Of a stretch of DNA of 64,000 bases, positions 38,589 to 47,246 are shown piece after piece (the first letter of the stretch is position 1; the number at the start of each line of letters is the position of its first letter). The translations under genes and the position numbers were made by a program. The notes under the pieces were generated by a model. That model was not told the origin of the DNA and did no database searches. It worked only from the letters and a program-made list of their open reading frames with translations. Origin of the DNA: a virus; the IMG/VR virus record IMGVR_UViG_3300044825_001821, positions 108,440 through 172,439 of that record; one strand, written 5' to 3'.

Positions 38589-40847
38589 ATGAATAACATT
38601 CAAAATCAAAAATCCGGTCTTGCCAAACTGATGGCGACCGAGAATCTTACAGTTCAACATTCCAAAGTCTCAACGGCAATGTTCGATCCTAAAAACCGTG
38701 TTCTCATTTGCCCTATTTGGGAACAAATGTCTGGCGATCTTTATGACTTGCTAATGGGTCATGAAGTTGGTCACGCTATCGATACACCTGCCGACGGTTG
38801 GCATGGTGCTGTACATGATCGTGGTTCAAACTACAAAGGCTTTTTGAATGTAGTTGAAGATGCACGTATTGAGAAACGTCAGAAACGCCGTTACCCTGGC
38901 TTGCGCCGTTCATTTATCAACGGCTTCAATGAATTGATGAAGCGTGACTTCTTTAATATTGGTGAACGTGAAGTCAATACATTTCCTTTCATTGATCGAC
39001 TGAACATGTATACCAAATCTGGTTATACAATGCAAATTACATTCAATGCAAAAGAGCAAGAGTTCGTTGAACGTGTTCAGGCTTGTGAAACATGGGAAGA
39101 TGTTCTCAAAGTTACTGATGAGATTTGGGAATATTCAAAAGAAGAACAATCACAAACTAACATTCCACAAGACAGTTTTGGTTTTGATGATAACAGTGCC
39201 ACTGATGAACAAGAAGTAGGTTCGGGTGAAGGTGATGCTGAGACTGAAGCAAAAGGCAACAATAAGTCTAAAGCAAGTGATAAAGGTGATGATGGTGATC
39301 AAGAAAGAGAATCACAATCATCAAGTGGCGACACGGAAGAAGGTGACGATGATGGTGGTGAAGATGGTGATGTTATCAATCGTTTCAAAGAATCACGTAG
39401 CACAAACGAAAACTTTGAGCCACGTTGTGAAACGGATGAAAACTTTCGTCGTAACGAATCTTCTTTGATTGACAAGAAAGCACGTGAGTATGTGTATGTC
39501 AACATACCGCAACCAAATCTGAAGAAAATTATTACACCTGCAAAACGTGTACATGAAATTCTTACCTCTGAGTTTTCCGATCAGCGTACAGATTATGAAA
39601 CACTTTCTAACAATCTGTACAGTGAATTTCGCCGTAAGAACGAACGATTCATTTCGCTATTGGCAAAAGAATTTGAGATGCGTAAAGCGGCTGATAAGTT
39701 TTCAAAAGCAAAAACTGCCGACACAGGCGATATTGACGTTAGCCGTATCTTCAAATATCAGATTGATGATGCTATCTTCAAAAAAGTTATGCGTGTACCA
39801 AAGGGTAAATCACATGGCTTGATTCTGTTACTTGATAAGTCTGGCTCAATGACCGAGAATTTGTCGGCATCATACGAACAAATTCTAGTGTTGGCTTCCT
39901 TTTGCCGTAAAGTAAACATACCGTTTGCTGCATATGGTTTTGGTAACGCTGACAATATTCGTGAACTAGATTTTCCTGGTGGTGAAACCAAACCGTTTTC
40001 AAATGGTTGTTTCAGTGAAAACTATAAAGATATGTTTGTATCACCTGTATATCTGCGTGAGATGATCAATTCCAAGATGAGCAACTCAGAATTTTCTAAG
40101 GCAACAAAAAATATTCTGTGCCTTGCTGATGCTTGGTCAATGGCATCCAGATATGGTTATTATGGTAAAAACTTTTACCGCCCACCGTCAGATGGATTAT
40201 CTAATACCCCATTGTCAGAGGCATTGATTGCTAGTCAAACATTAATCAATGAGTTTCGTCAAGTAAATAATCTTGATATTGTAAACCTCTGTGTTGTACA
40301 TGACGGTGATGCTGACGATATCAATTCGTACTACAACGAAACAATGCGCCGTAACTTTATTAATAGCAGATATCAAAATGTTTTCTTGGTAGATAAGAAA
40401 AACAAAGTGCAACAAGAGGTACCTGCTGATGAAGATGGTATGCGAATTGCTATCTCAAAGTGGTTAACGAAAACAACTGGCGTAAAGATTATTGGTTTTT
40501 ATCTGACACCGAATAGTCAAATGAAAGGTGCCTTGCGCCGCCGTTTATTTAACGAAGATGTAAATCGTTTTCGTAATGATCCAAGCAAAAGGTATGAATT
40601 GCATGATACAATAGCTAAGTATCAAAAGGTACTGAAGAAAGATAAGTATCTTGAATCGAAGAATGATGGTTATGAATCATTCTTTATTCTACCTGGTGGT
40701 ACTGATCTTGGTGTTGATGATGAAGAATTCGAAGCGCCAACAAAAGTTACCACGGCAACTTTGACTAAGGCATTCTCTAAGTTTGCCAAGAGCCGTCAAG
40801 TCAACCGTGTGTTGGTGTCACGATTCATCGGTATGATAGCAATGTGA
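38589..40847 (+). CDS. CobT-like protein: HExxH metallopeptidase-like domain + acidic linker + VWA domain
   Basis: HEVGH, NVVEDARIE, MIDAS DKSGS...NTPL...HDGD; adjacent to a MoxR ATPase. Confidence 0.85.
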   Translation: MNNIQNQKSGLAKLMATENLTVQHSKVSTAMFDPKNRVLICPIWEQMSGDLYDLLMGHEVGHAIDTPADGWHGAVHDRGSNYKGFLNVVEDARIEKRQKRRYPGLRRSFINGFNELMKRDFFNIGEREVNTFPFIDRLNMYTKSGYTMQITFNAKEQEFVERVQACETWEDVLKVTDEIWEYSKEEQSQTNIPQDSFGFDDNSATDEQEVGSGEGDAETEAKGNNKSKASDKGDDGDQERESQSSSGDTEEGDDDGGEDGDVINRFKESRSTNENFEPRCETDENFRRNESSLIDKKAREYVYVNIPQPNLKKIITPAKRVHEILTSEFSDQRTDYETLSNNLYSEFRRKNERFISLLAKEFEMRKAADKFSKAKTADTGDIDVSRIFKYQIDDAIFKKVMRVPKGKSHGLILLLDKSGSMTENLSASYEQILVLASFCRKVNIPFAAYGFGNADNIRELDFPGGETKPFSNGCFSENYKDMFVSPVYLREMINSKMSNSEFSKATKNILCLADAWSMASRYGYYGKNFYRPPSDGLSNTPLSEALIASQTLINEFRQVNNLDIVNLCVVHDGDADDINSYYNETMRRNFINSRYQNVFLVDKKNKVQQEVPADEDGMRIAISKWLTKTTGVKIIGFYLTPNSQMKGALRRRLFNEDVNRFRNDPSKRYELHDTIAKYQKVLKKDKYLESKNDGYESFFILPGGTDLGVDDEEFEAPTKVTTATLTKAFSKFAKSRQVNRVLVSRFIGMIAM

Positions 40848-40852
40848 TAATA

Positions 40853-40890
40853 AAATGCCACTTGACAAGTTGGTGGCATTTCTTTATAAT
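40853..40890 (+). promoter_or_regulatory. Consensus sigma70 promoter inside a terminator-like inverted repeat
   Basis: TTGACA 40862-67, TATAAT 40885-90 (17 bp); aaatgccac / gtggcattt stem. Confidence 0.85.
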
Positions 40891-40922
40891 GGAAGTTCTT
40901 AACGTGAGATGGAGTTTATATT

Positions 40923-42101
40923 ATGACAAGTCGTTCTGACAAGCGCCAGTTGTTTCTTGATGCTCTTATTGCAACTGGCAAAGCAGAAGTTTCACTTGAT
41001 GAAATTCGTGATCTTTCTGATAACATGGGTATACCAGTGCCACAATGGTTCACAAAAGATGAAATTAATAAGGTGAAGCGTGGTGTATATCGTGTTCCTA
41101 AAGCCACCCAAACGCCCGCTATTGAACTCTCAGCACAAGTAATCCCAATGACAAAGACTGAGAATCCAACAGGCAATCGTATTGCTAATGTGACAACTGA
41201 TCTTGAGATTGAAAATCTGATTCCTTCTCAATATAGCAACTATGTACCTTTTGGCAACTTTGAAGATGTGTTGTCAATTGTGCAATCAAAACAATTCTTT
41301 CCTGTATTCATCACCGGTCAATCTGGTAACGGTAAGACCATGTCCATTGAACAGGCTTGTGCCAAAGCAAAACGCAAATTCGTTTGCGTATCAATGACAC
41401 CTGATACTGATGAGGGTGACTTGCTTGGTAACTATGTTCTGATCAACGGTCAGATGGAATGGCGTGACGGTCCTGTGACTGTTGCTGCCCGTCAGGGTGC
41501 TGTTCTGTGTATCGATGAGATTGATTATGGTGCTCAGAATCTTTCTTGCTTACAACGTGTACTTGAAGGTAAGCCATTCTTGCTGAAGAAAAAGAATGAA
41601 CTGGTTGCACCCGCACCTGGCTTTACCGTGTTTGCTACTGCTAACACAAAAGGTAAAGGCTCCGAAGATGGTCGTTATATGTTTACCAATGTGTTGAACG
41701 AAGCGTTTCTTGAGCGTTTCCCTAACACTATGGAACAAGAATGGCCGCCTGCTAAGATCGAAGAAAAGATCATCGGCAAAGAACTTGATGCAGTTGGTCG
41801 TGCTGATGCAACATTTGCCAAGAATCTTGTAACATGGGCGAATGCAATTCGTACTACGTTTGCCGATGGTGGCTGTGATGAAGTTATTTCTACACGCCGT
41901 CTGGTACACATTGTCAAAACGTTTGGTATCTACAATGACAAAAAGAAAGCAATTGAGTATTGCTTGAATCGTTTTGATGCCGATACCAAAGCAACTTTCT
42001 TTGACTTGTATACTAAAGTCGATGCTGGTATTGATCCTACCGTTACGGCAGAACCAGAAGTGAAGCCTGCCGCAACTGAGGGCGAAGAAGTGCCGTTTTA
42101 A
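40923..42101 (+). CDS. cobS: CobS-like MoxR AAA+ ATPase
   Basis: GQSGNGKT, LCIDEID, ATANTKGKG, EAFLERF, ISTRRL. Confidence 0.9.
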   Translation: MTSRSDKRQLFLDALIATGKAEVSLDEIRDLSDNMGIPVPQWFTKDEINKVKRGVYRVPKATQTPAIELSAQVIPMTKTENPTGNRIANVTTDLEIENLIPSQYSNYVPFGNFEDVLSIVQSKQFFPVFITGQSGNGKTMSIEQACAKAKRKFVCVSMTPDTDEGDLLGNYVLINGQMEWRDGPVTVAARQGAVLCIDEIDYGAQNLSCLQRVLEGKPFLLKKKNELVAPAPGFTVFATANTKGKGSEDGRYMFTNVLNEAFLERFPNTMEQEWPPAKIEEKIIGKELDAVGRADATFAKNLVTWANAIRTTFADGGCDEVISTRRLVHIVKTFGIYNDKKKAIEYCLNRFDADTKATFFDLYTKVDAGIDPTVTAEPEVKPAATEGEEVPF

Positions 42102-42104
42102 TTA

Positions 42105-42133
42105 TTGACAGGGACTTCGGTTCCTGTTATAAT
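42105..42133 (+). promoter_or_regulatory. Consensus sigma70 promoter whose spacer is a UUCG hairpin
   Basis: TTGACA 42105-10, TGtTATAAT to 42133; acagggac-ttcg-gttcctgt. Confidence 0.85.
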
Positions 42134-42208
42134 TTGTAGTGTAGTAAAACAATCTGCCAATTGTGGCAACCAACCAAACGCCGTCGGCGTATCTTAGGAG
42201 TAATATGT

Positions 42209-43651
42209 ATGAGTAAAGTTGTACTTTTTAATCACAAAACGTTCAATCTTGAACAGTGGTCAATTGAAGAGATTATTCGGTGTATCAATTCACCCACAGA
42301 AAAAATTCAAGTAATGCCGCCAGAATTTCAGCGTGACTTTATAGCATCGCTGAAATGGCAGCGTGATCTTATAGATTCATTCTACAATGGTCTATCATCT
42401 AATTTAATTCACTTTCGTAAACTTGATAAAGAAAAAGCGTCTAAGATTGGTTTTGCCTATCAATGTCTTGATGGTTTACAGAGACTTTCTACTACGATCA
42501 ATTTTGTCAATAATAAATTTGATGATAATAACGGAAAATTTTTTCGTGAACTCTCAAAAAAAGAGCAAGAAAATGTTCTTTCATACACCTTCACATTGTA
42601 TGTCTATGCTGAAACTATGACAGATGAAGAGGCGGGTGAAACTTTTTGTCGTATTAATAATGCAAATGATCTGAATGATCAAGAAATGCTTAATGCTATT
42701 CCTGGTTATGTATCACAAACAGTTCGTAGCCAGGCACGTTCCGGTCAAACTACATCTGTACTGCCTGTGTTTGAAACGTATATTGATGTTAAAGGTACAC
42801 GCCGTCCTAAAAATGGACTTGGAATGTTGCCTGGTGTACGTTTGGCATATGATGCTTTGCTTGCAAGATGGTATACAGTTGAATACGATAAACAGAAAAA
42901 TCCAAACAACTTAGCCTTTCATGGTTCAGGTATCAACAAACCACATACAACAAAAATGTATCGTGATGCTAATTTGAAATCTCAGTATGTTGATGGTAAA
43001 CCTGTATACCTTGCTGATTATACATGGGCACAACCAAAAGAGTTTGCTTCAATTGAGAAAGAAGTGATTCGTCGTGCTAAGTTTGTTCACGATTGTCTTA
43101 GTGCTGATATTGAAAACAACAAAAAGTTTTTTAAGACTGATGGTAAGATACATGCACTATATGATCTTTCTTATGAACTCGAAAATGTTTACGGTAAAAA
43201 CTGTGTGAAAGATTTTAAAAAATTTGTTCGTGGTGTCAAAGAAGTGCTTGCCACACACCTTGATGAAAAGAAAAATAAAGACGGTGCTCTTTACTTTCAA
43301 AGATTGTTAGGTTGTGGCACTGGTCATGAGATTCTAGAAAAGATTGCATATTTTATGGATGCTATCTATGCCGATCCAGACTATTTTGGTATAGTTGAAA
43401 TGGATTATGGTAAGATCAGTGATGCCGATAAGATGCAAATTTTGATTAAGCAGAAGCATACCTGCTGGATTGATGAACAAGAAGCCAGTATTGATGATGT
43501 TGAAGCAGCACATATCATTGCACGTTCTCTTGGTGGCAAGAATGTAGTAAGTAACTATGTTTTGGTACGTAAACAATACAACCGCAATATGGGTACAATG
43601 ACTCCACAAGATTACAAACAGAAATACTTTCCACAATTGTGTGGCAAATAA
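42209..43651 (+). CDS. DUF262 (ParB-like) + C-terminal HNH nuclease, GmrSD-like
   Basis: PEFQR, LDGLQR, FCRINN; HNH-type AHIIARSLGG...N...YNRNMG; AGGAG RBS before ATG 42209. Confidence 0.8.
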   Translation: MSKVVLFNHKTFNLEQWSIEEIIRCINSPTEKIQVMPPEFQRDFIASLKWQRDLIDSFYNGLSSNLIHFRKLDKEKASKIGFAYQCLDGLQRLSTTINFVNNKFDDNNGKFFRELSKKEQENVLSYTFTLYVYAETMTDEEAGETFCRINNANDLNDQEMLNAIPGYVSQTVRSQARSGQTTSVLPVFETYIDVKGTRRPKNGLGMLPGVRLAYDALLARWYTVEYDKQKNPNNLAFHGSGINKPHTTKMYRDANLKSQYVDGKPVYLADYTWAQPKEFASIEKEVIRRAKFVHDCLSADIENNKKFFKTDGKIHALYDLSYELENVYGKNCVKDFKKFVRGVKEVLATHLDEKKNKDGALYFQRLLGCGTGHEILEKIAYFMDAIYADPDYFGIVEMDYGKISDADKMQILIKQKHTCWIDEQEASIDDVEAAHIIARSLGGKNVVSNYVLVRKQYNRNMGTMTPQDYKQKYFPQLCGK

Positions 43652-43666
43652 GTAACACCTTTGCCT

Positions 43667-43704
43667 GAGGGAGTGTTGACACACTCTCTCTTTTTTTATA
43701 TAAT
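43667..43704 (+). terminator. Intrinsic terminator fused with a consensus sigma70 promoter
   Basis: gagggagtgt-tgac-acactctctc followed by T7; TTGACA 43676-81, TATAAT 43699-704 (17 bp). Confidence 0.85.
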
Positions 43705-43713
43705 GTTAAGTAT

Positions 43714-43754
43714 GTAGAGAAAAGTCGCCTCTACTAATATATTTTTGTGCGACT
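43714..43754 (+). promoter_or_regulatory. Predicted H-type RNA pseudoknot in the 5' UTR
   Basis: S1 GTAGAG/CTCTAC; S2 AGTCGC/GCGACT. Confidence 0.55.
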
Positions 43755-43777
43755 AATTTTTTTATGGAGTAAATTGA

Positions 43778-44041
43778 ATGTCTGCTAAAGAGAAAATTCT
43801 AAAGTTCCTTTCTAAGGACGGTCCTTACAATACCTTGACTGCCGCACAAGCACGTGCTCGTTTCGGTATCGTAAATGTTGGTGCTCGTATTGAAGAACTA
43901 CGTGCAGAGGGTTACTGCATCTACACCAACAAGAAAACTCTTGCCGATGGTCGTCGTATCACTTACTACAAACTCGGTAAGCCAACCAAGAAAATGATCG
44001 CTGCCGCACATGCAGTTCTTGGTGGTCAGGCGTTTGCCTAA
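43778..44041 (+). CDS. Small winged helix-turn-helix protein
   Basis: LTAAQARARFGIVNVGARIEELRAEGYCI + beta wing ending YYKL. Confidence 0.78.
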   Translation: MSAKEKILKFLSKDGPYNTLTAAQARARFGIVNVGARIEELRAEGYCIYTNKKTLADGRRITYYKLGKPTKKMIAAAHAVLGGQAFA

Positions 44042-44060
44042 AATAGGTTGAAAAATGGTG

Positions 44061-44099
44061 GAGTGAGAGCATATATATTATGTGTTCTCACTCTTTTTT
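44061..44099 (+). terminator. Intrinsic terminator after the wHTH gene
   Basis: gagtgagagcata...tgtgttctcactc followed by T6. Confidence 0.75.
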
Positions 44100-44110
44100 A
44101 TGGATAAATT

Positions 44111-44929
44111 ATGCAGATACAAGTCAATATTGAACAACTAAGAAAAAATAAACTGTTCGTTGCTACACCAATGTATGGTGGCATGGCACATGGATTGTAT
44201 ATTAAATCTTGCCTTGATCTTCAAACCGTAATGATGCGTTATGGAATTGAAGTCAAATTCTCTTTCCTATTTAACGAATCACTTATCACACGTGCTCGTA
44301 ATTATCTGGTAGATGAATTTCTACGTTGTGAAGATTTCACACACATGATGTTCATTGACTCTGATATTCATTTCGATCCGAATGATATCATTGCTTTGAT
44401 GGCTCTTGATAAAGATATTATTGGTGGACCATATCCTAAAAAGTCAATCAATTGGGGTAACATTGCACAAGCAGCTAGAGCGCACCCAGAACTTGACCCG
44501 AAAGAACTTGAGAATCTTGTTGGTGAATATGTTTTCAATGTGGTAAAAGGCACACAACAATTTCAAGTATCAGAACCTCTAGAGGTTATGGAGATTGGTA
44601 CTGGTCACATGATGATGAAACGTGAAGTGTTTACGAAGATGGAGAAAGAATATCCCTTCATTCGTTACAAGCCAGATCATATTGGTCAAGCACACTTTGA
44701 TGGTTCACGTTACATTCATGCTTACTTTGATACTGTAATTGATACCAAAGATTCATGTGTTGGTGGTGGCTCTGAACGTTATCTATCAGAAGATTATATG
44801 TTCTGTCAGATGTGGCGTAAGATGGGTGGTAAAGTTTATCTATGTCCATGGATGAGAACTCAGCACATTGGTACATATGCGTTTACTGGTAACATGCCCG
44901 CTGTTGCTCAGTACACTGGTAGACTTTGA
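44111..44929 (+). CDS. GT-A-fold glycosyltransferase-like protein
   Basis: VATPMYGG, ESLITRARN, FIDSD (DxD), GTG.MM..R, LSEDY. Confidence 0.7.
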   Translation: MQIQVNIEQLRKNKLFVATPMYGGMAHGLYIKSCLDLQTVMMRYGIEVKFSFLFNESLITRARNYLVDEFLRCEDFTHMMFIDSDIHFDPNDIIALMALDKDIIGGPYPKKSINWGNIAQAARAHPELDPKELENLVGEYVFNVVKGTQQFQVSEPLEVMEIGTGHMMMKREVFTKMEKEYPFIRYKPDHIGQAHFDGSRYIHAYFDTVIDTKDSCVGGGSERYLSEDYMFCQMWRKMGGKVYLCPWMRTQHIGTYAFTGNMPAVAQYTGRL

Positions 44930-45195
44930 TTGATTACAAATATAGTGAGGACCGTATTCTTGACGAGTTGAAACAATATATCGACAAGACATACGGTCAA
45001 CACTATTCACTAAACAAATTCCAAACTTCAGAATTCATTATAGACTGTGGGCACGGTGAAGGATTCTTTATTGGAAACATCATGAAGTATGCACAGCGTT
45101 ATGGCAAAAAGAATGGCTACAATCGTGATGACTTGTTAAAAGTCGTTCACTATGCTATAATGGCCTTACATAATCATGACTTGACGAGGAAATAA
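44926..45195 (+). CDS. DUF3310-like (SaV-like) protein
   Basis: TYGQHY, GNIMKYAQRYGKK, DLLKVVHY; TTG start overlapping the upstream stop. Confidence 0.75.
   Translation: MIDYKYSEDRILDELKQYIDKTYGQHYSLNKFQTSEFIIDCGHGEGFFIGNIMKYAQRYGKKNGYNRDDLLKVVHYAIMALHNHDLTRK
45133..45161 (+). promoter_or_regulatory. Extended -10 sigma70-type promoter upstream of gp45
   Basis: TTGTTA-17-TATAAT with TG (TGcTATAAT). Confidence 0.55.
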
Positions 45196-45198
45196 ATT

Positions 45199-45879
45199 AT
45201 GAAACTATCAAATGATACAATAACTTTGTTGAAGAATTTTGCAACAATCAATCAGGGTATCATATTTAAAAAAGGCAAGACGATTCGAACTGTCTCTAGT
45301 TTGAAAAATCTAATGGCAGAAGCAACCATCTCAGAAGAAATTCCCACTGAGTTCGGTGTGTATGATCTCAACAATTTTCTTTCTGTCTTGACCTTACACA
45401 AAGATGATCCTGTTCTTGACTTTAAGGACAACGATGTCATCATTTCTGGTCTGCAAGGACGAAGTAAAATCAAATATAGATTTTGTGCGCCAAACATGAT
45501 TGTGGCGCCACCTGAAAATCCTATAAACATGCCTAACCCAGAAATATCTTTTGAGTTCAAACAAGAAGATTTTGATTGGTTGATGAAGGCTGCTGCCGTT
45601 CTATCTTCTCCTTTCATTGCTTTTGAATCTGACGGCGAAAGAATCTTTGTAAAGGCTTTTGATCCTGTGAATGATTCAAGTCATACAGATTCAATTGACA
45701 TTGCAAAAGGCAATGGTGATATCTATTCAATGTTATTTAAAGTTGAACACATCAAAATGATAACAGGCTCATATGATGTGAAGATATCTTCAAAAGGTAT
45801 ATCAAATTTTAAACACAAAAACTTGAATCTTCAGTATTGGATAGCTACTGAAAAAGGTTCCAAATATGAAAAGGTATAA
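45199..45879 (+). CDS. gp45: Sliding clamp gp45
   Basis: LKNFATINQG, FGVYDLNNFL, YWIATE. Confidence 0.96.
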   Translation: MKLSNDTITLLKNFATINQGIIFKKGKTIRTVSSLKNLMAEATISEEIPTEFGVYDLNNFLSVLTLHKDDPVLDFKDNDVIISGLQGRSKIKYRFCAPNMIVAPPENPINMPNPEISFEFKQEDFDWLMKAAAVLSSPFIAFESDGERIFVKAFDPVNDSSHTDSIDIAKGNGDIYSMLFKVEHIKMITGSYDVKISSKGISNFKHKNLNLQYWIATEKGSKYEKV

Positions 45880-45881
45880 AC

Positions 45882-46097
45882 ATGTCTAAATTTGTAAAAT
45901 TTACGAACGCTGCACAGGGATTTGATGATGATGATCTTTATATCAACGCTGATATTGTCGCTTCAGTTTTCTCATTGATAGAACCTGGTGGCTCAGATAA
46001 CAAACTTAATCCATATACAGTCATTTATGGTGTGAATAATATCGACTGGCGTGTAAAAGAAAGTCTGGAAGATGTTGTTCATCTTCTGAATAACTGA
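45882..46097 (+). CDS. Hypothetical protein
   Basis: LYINADIV...VKESLEDV, FlbD-like pattern. Confidence 0.55.
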   Translation: MSKFVKFTNAAQGFDDDDLYINADIVASVFSLIEPGGSDNKLNPYTVIYGVNNIDWRVKESLEDVVHLLNN

Positions 46098-46103
46098 TAT
46101 AAT
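46095..46103 (+). promoter_or_regulatory. Extended -10 element upstream of gp44
   Basis: TGaTATAAT in an AT-rich gap. Confidence 0.5.
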
Positions 46104-46134
46104 TTTATTATTATGATTTATGTGAAAGGTAACC

Positions 46135-47064
46135 ATGGAACATTTTCTATGGACAGAAAAGTATCGCCCACAAACAGTCGAGGACTGTATTCTACCAGAA
46201 CGCTTGAAAGCAGTATTTCAAGAGTACGTGAACCAGAAGCAGATACCAAATCTTCTTCTGGCTGGTGGAGCAGGCGTGGGCAAGACAACAATCGCCAAGG
46301 CAATGTGCAACGAAGTCGGATGCGACTTCATGATACTCAATGGTTCTGATGAGAATGGTGTTGATACTATTCGTGTCAAAATCAAAAACTATGCTTCATC
46401 AATGTCTTTTTCTGGTGGCCGCAAGGTTGTCATTCTAGATGAAGCAGATTATCTAACACCAAACGCACAAGCGATTCTGCGTAACGCAATCGAAGAGTTT
46501 GCTGAAAACTGTTCGTTCATCTTCACTTGTAATTACAAAAGTAAAATCATTGAGCCGTTGCACAGTCGATGTGCGGTGATTGAATTTGGTTTGAAAAATG
46601 GTGAGAAGCAGAAGATGGCAGCAGCATTCTTCAAACGAATCACACACATACTAGACACAGAGAAAGTTGAATTTGATGAAAAGGTAATTGCTGAAGTAGT
46701 CAAGAAACACTTTCCAGATTTTCGTCGTGTTATCAATGAACTTCAACGCTATTCCAAACTCGGCAAGATTGATGTAGGCATCCTCTCTCAGATTGGTGAC
46801 ATATCCATCTCACAAATCGTCAAACATCTGAAAGAAAAAGACTTTACATCCGTCCGTAAATGGGCAGCAACGACAGACATTGATAGCACGACATTCTTTC
46901 GTAAACTGTATGACGCTTTGTATGACATTGTAAAACCACAGAGTATACCACAAGCAGTGTTGATTCTTGCTGACTATCAGTACAAGCAGGCATTTGTTGC
47001 TGATCAAGAGATCAATCTGGTTGCTTGTCTTACAGAGATCATGGCCAACGTGGAGTTCAAATGA
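46135..47064 (+). CDS. gp44: Clamp loader large subunit gp44
   Basis: WTEKYRP, GGAGVGKT, LDEAD, PLHSRC. Confidence 0.97.
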   Translation: MEHFLWTEKYRPQTVEDCILPERLKAVFQEYVNQKQIPNLLLAGGAGVGKTTIAKAMCNEVGCDFMILNGSDENGVDTIRVKIKNYASSMSFSGGRKVVILDEADYLTPNAQAILRNAIEEFAENCSFIFTCNYKSKIIEPLHSRCAVIEFGLKNGEKQKMAAAFFKRITHILDTEKVEFDEKVIAEVVKKHFPDFRRVINELQRYSKLGKIDVGILSQIGDISISQIVKHLKEKDFTSVRKWAATTDIDSTTFFRKLYDALYDIVKPQSIPQAVLILADYQYKQAFVADQEINLVACLTEIMANVEFK

Positions 47065-47246
47065 GTAAAGTGATTAGTGAATATTATTCTGAAGATGGTT
47101 TGAAACATGCCATGATATTTTCACGTACCTATGGTGGATACAGACTTGTCATGATTGATTCATATTTCGAAACTGAAAATGAATTGATGTTCAATCATCA
47201 AGAGACCGCAGAACAACATGCTGAAGATTGGGTGCTTAATAAATGA
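47061..47246 (+). CDS. Hypothetical protein
   Basis: ATGA-coupled; ends AEQHAEDWVL. Confidence 0.6.
   Translation: MSKVISEYYSEDGLKHAMIFSRTYGGYRLVMIDSYFETENELMFNHQETAEQHAEDWVLNK

Noticed and set aside
40923-42101. Cobalamin biosynthesis role for cobS/cobT-like genes
   Set aside because: No cobN or other cob genes; the motifs only support a generic MoxR-VWA pair.
42155-43648. Similar words caattgtggcaa / caattgtgtggcaa at both ends of the DUF262 gene as insertion-site repeats
   Set aside because: Short, imperfect and partly coding; could be chance. The two tiny leader hairpins (42155-68, 42178-90) are too weak to call.
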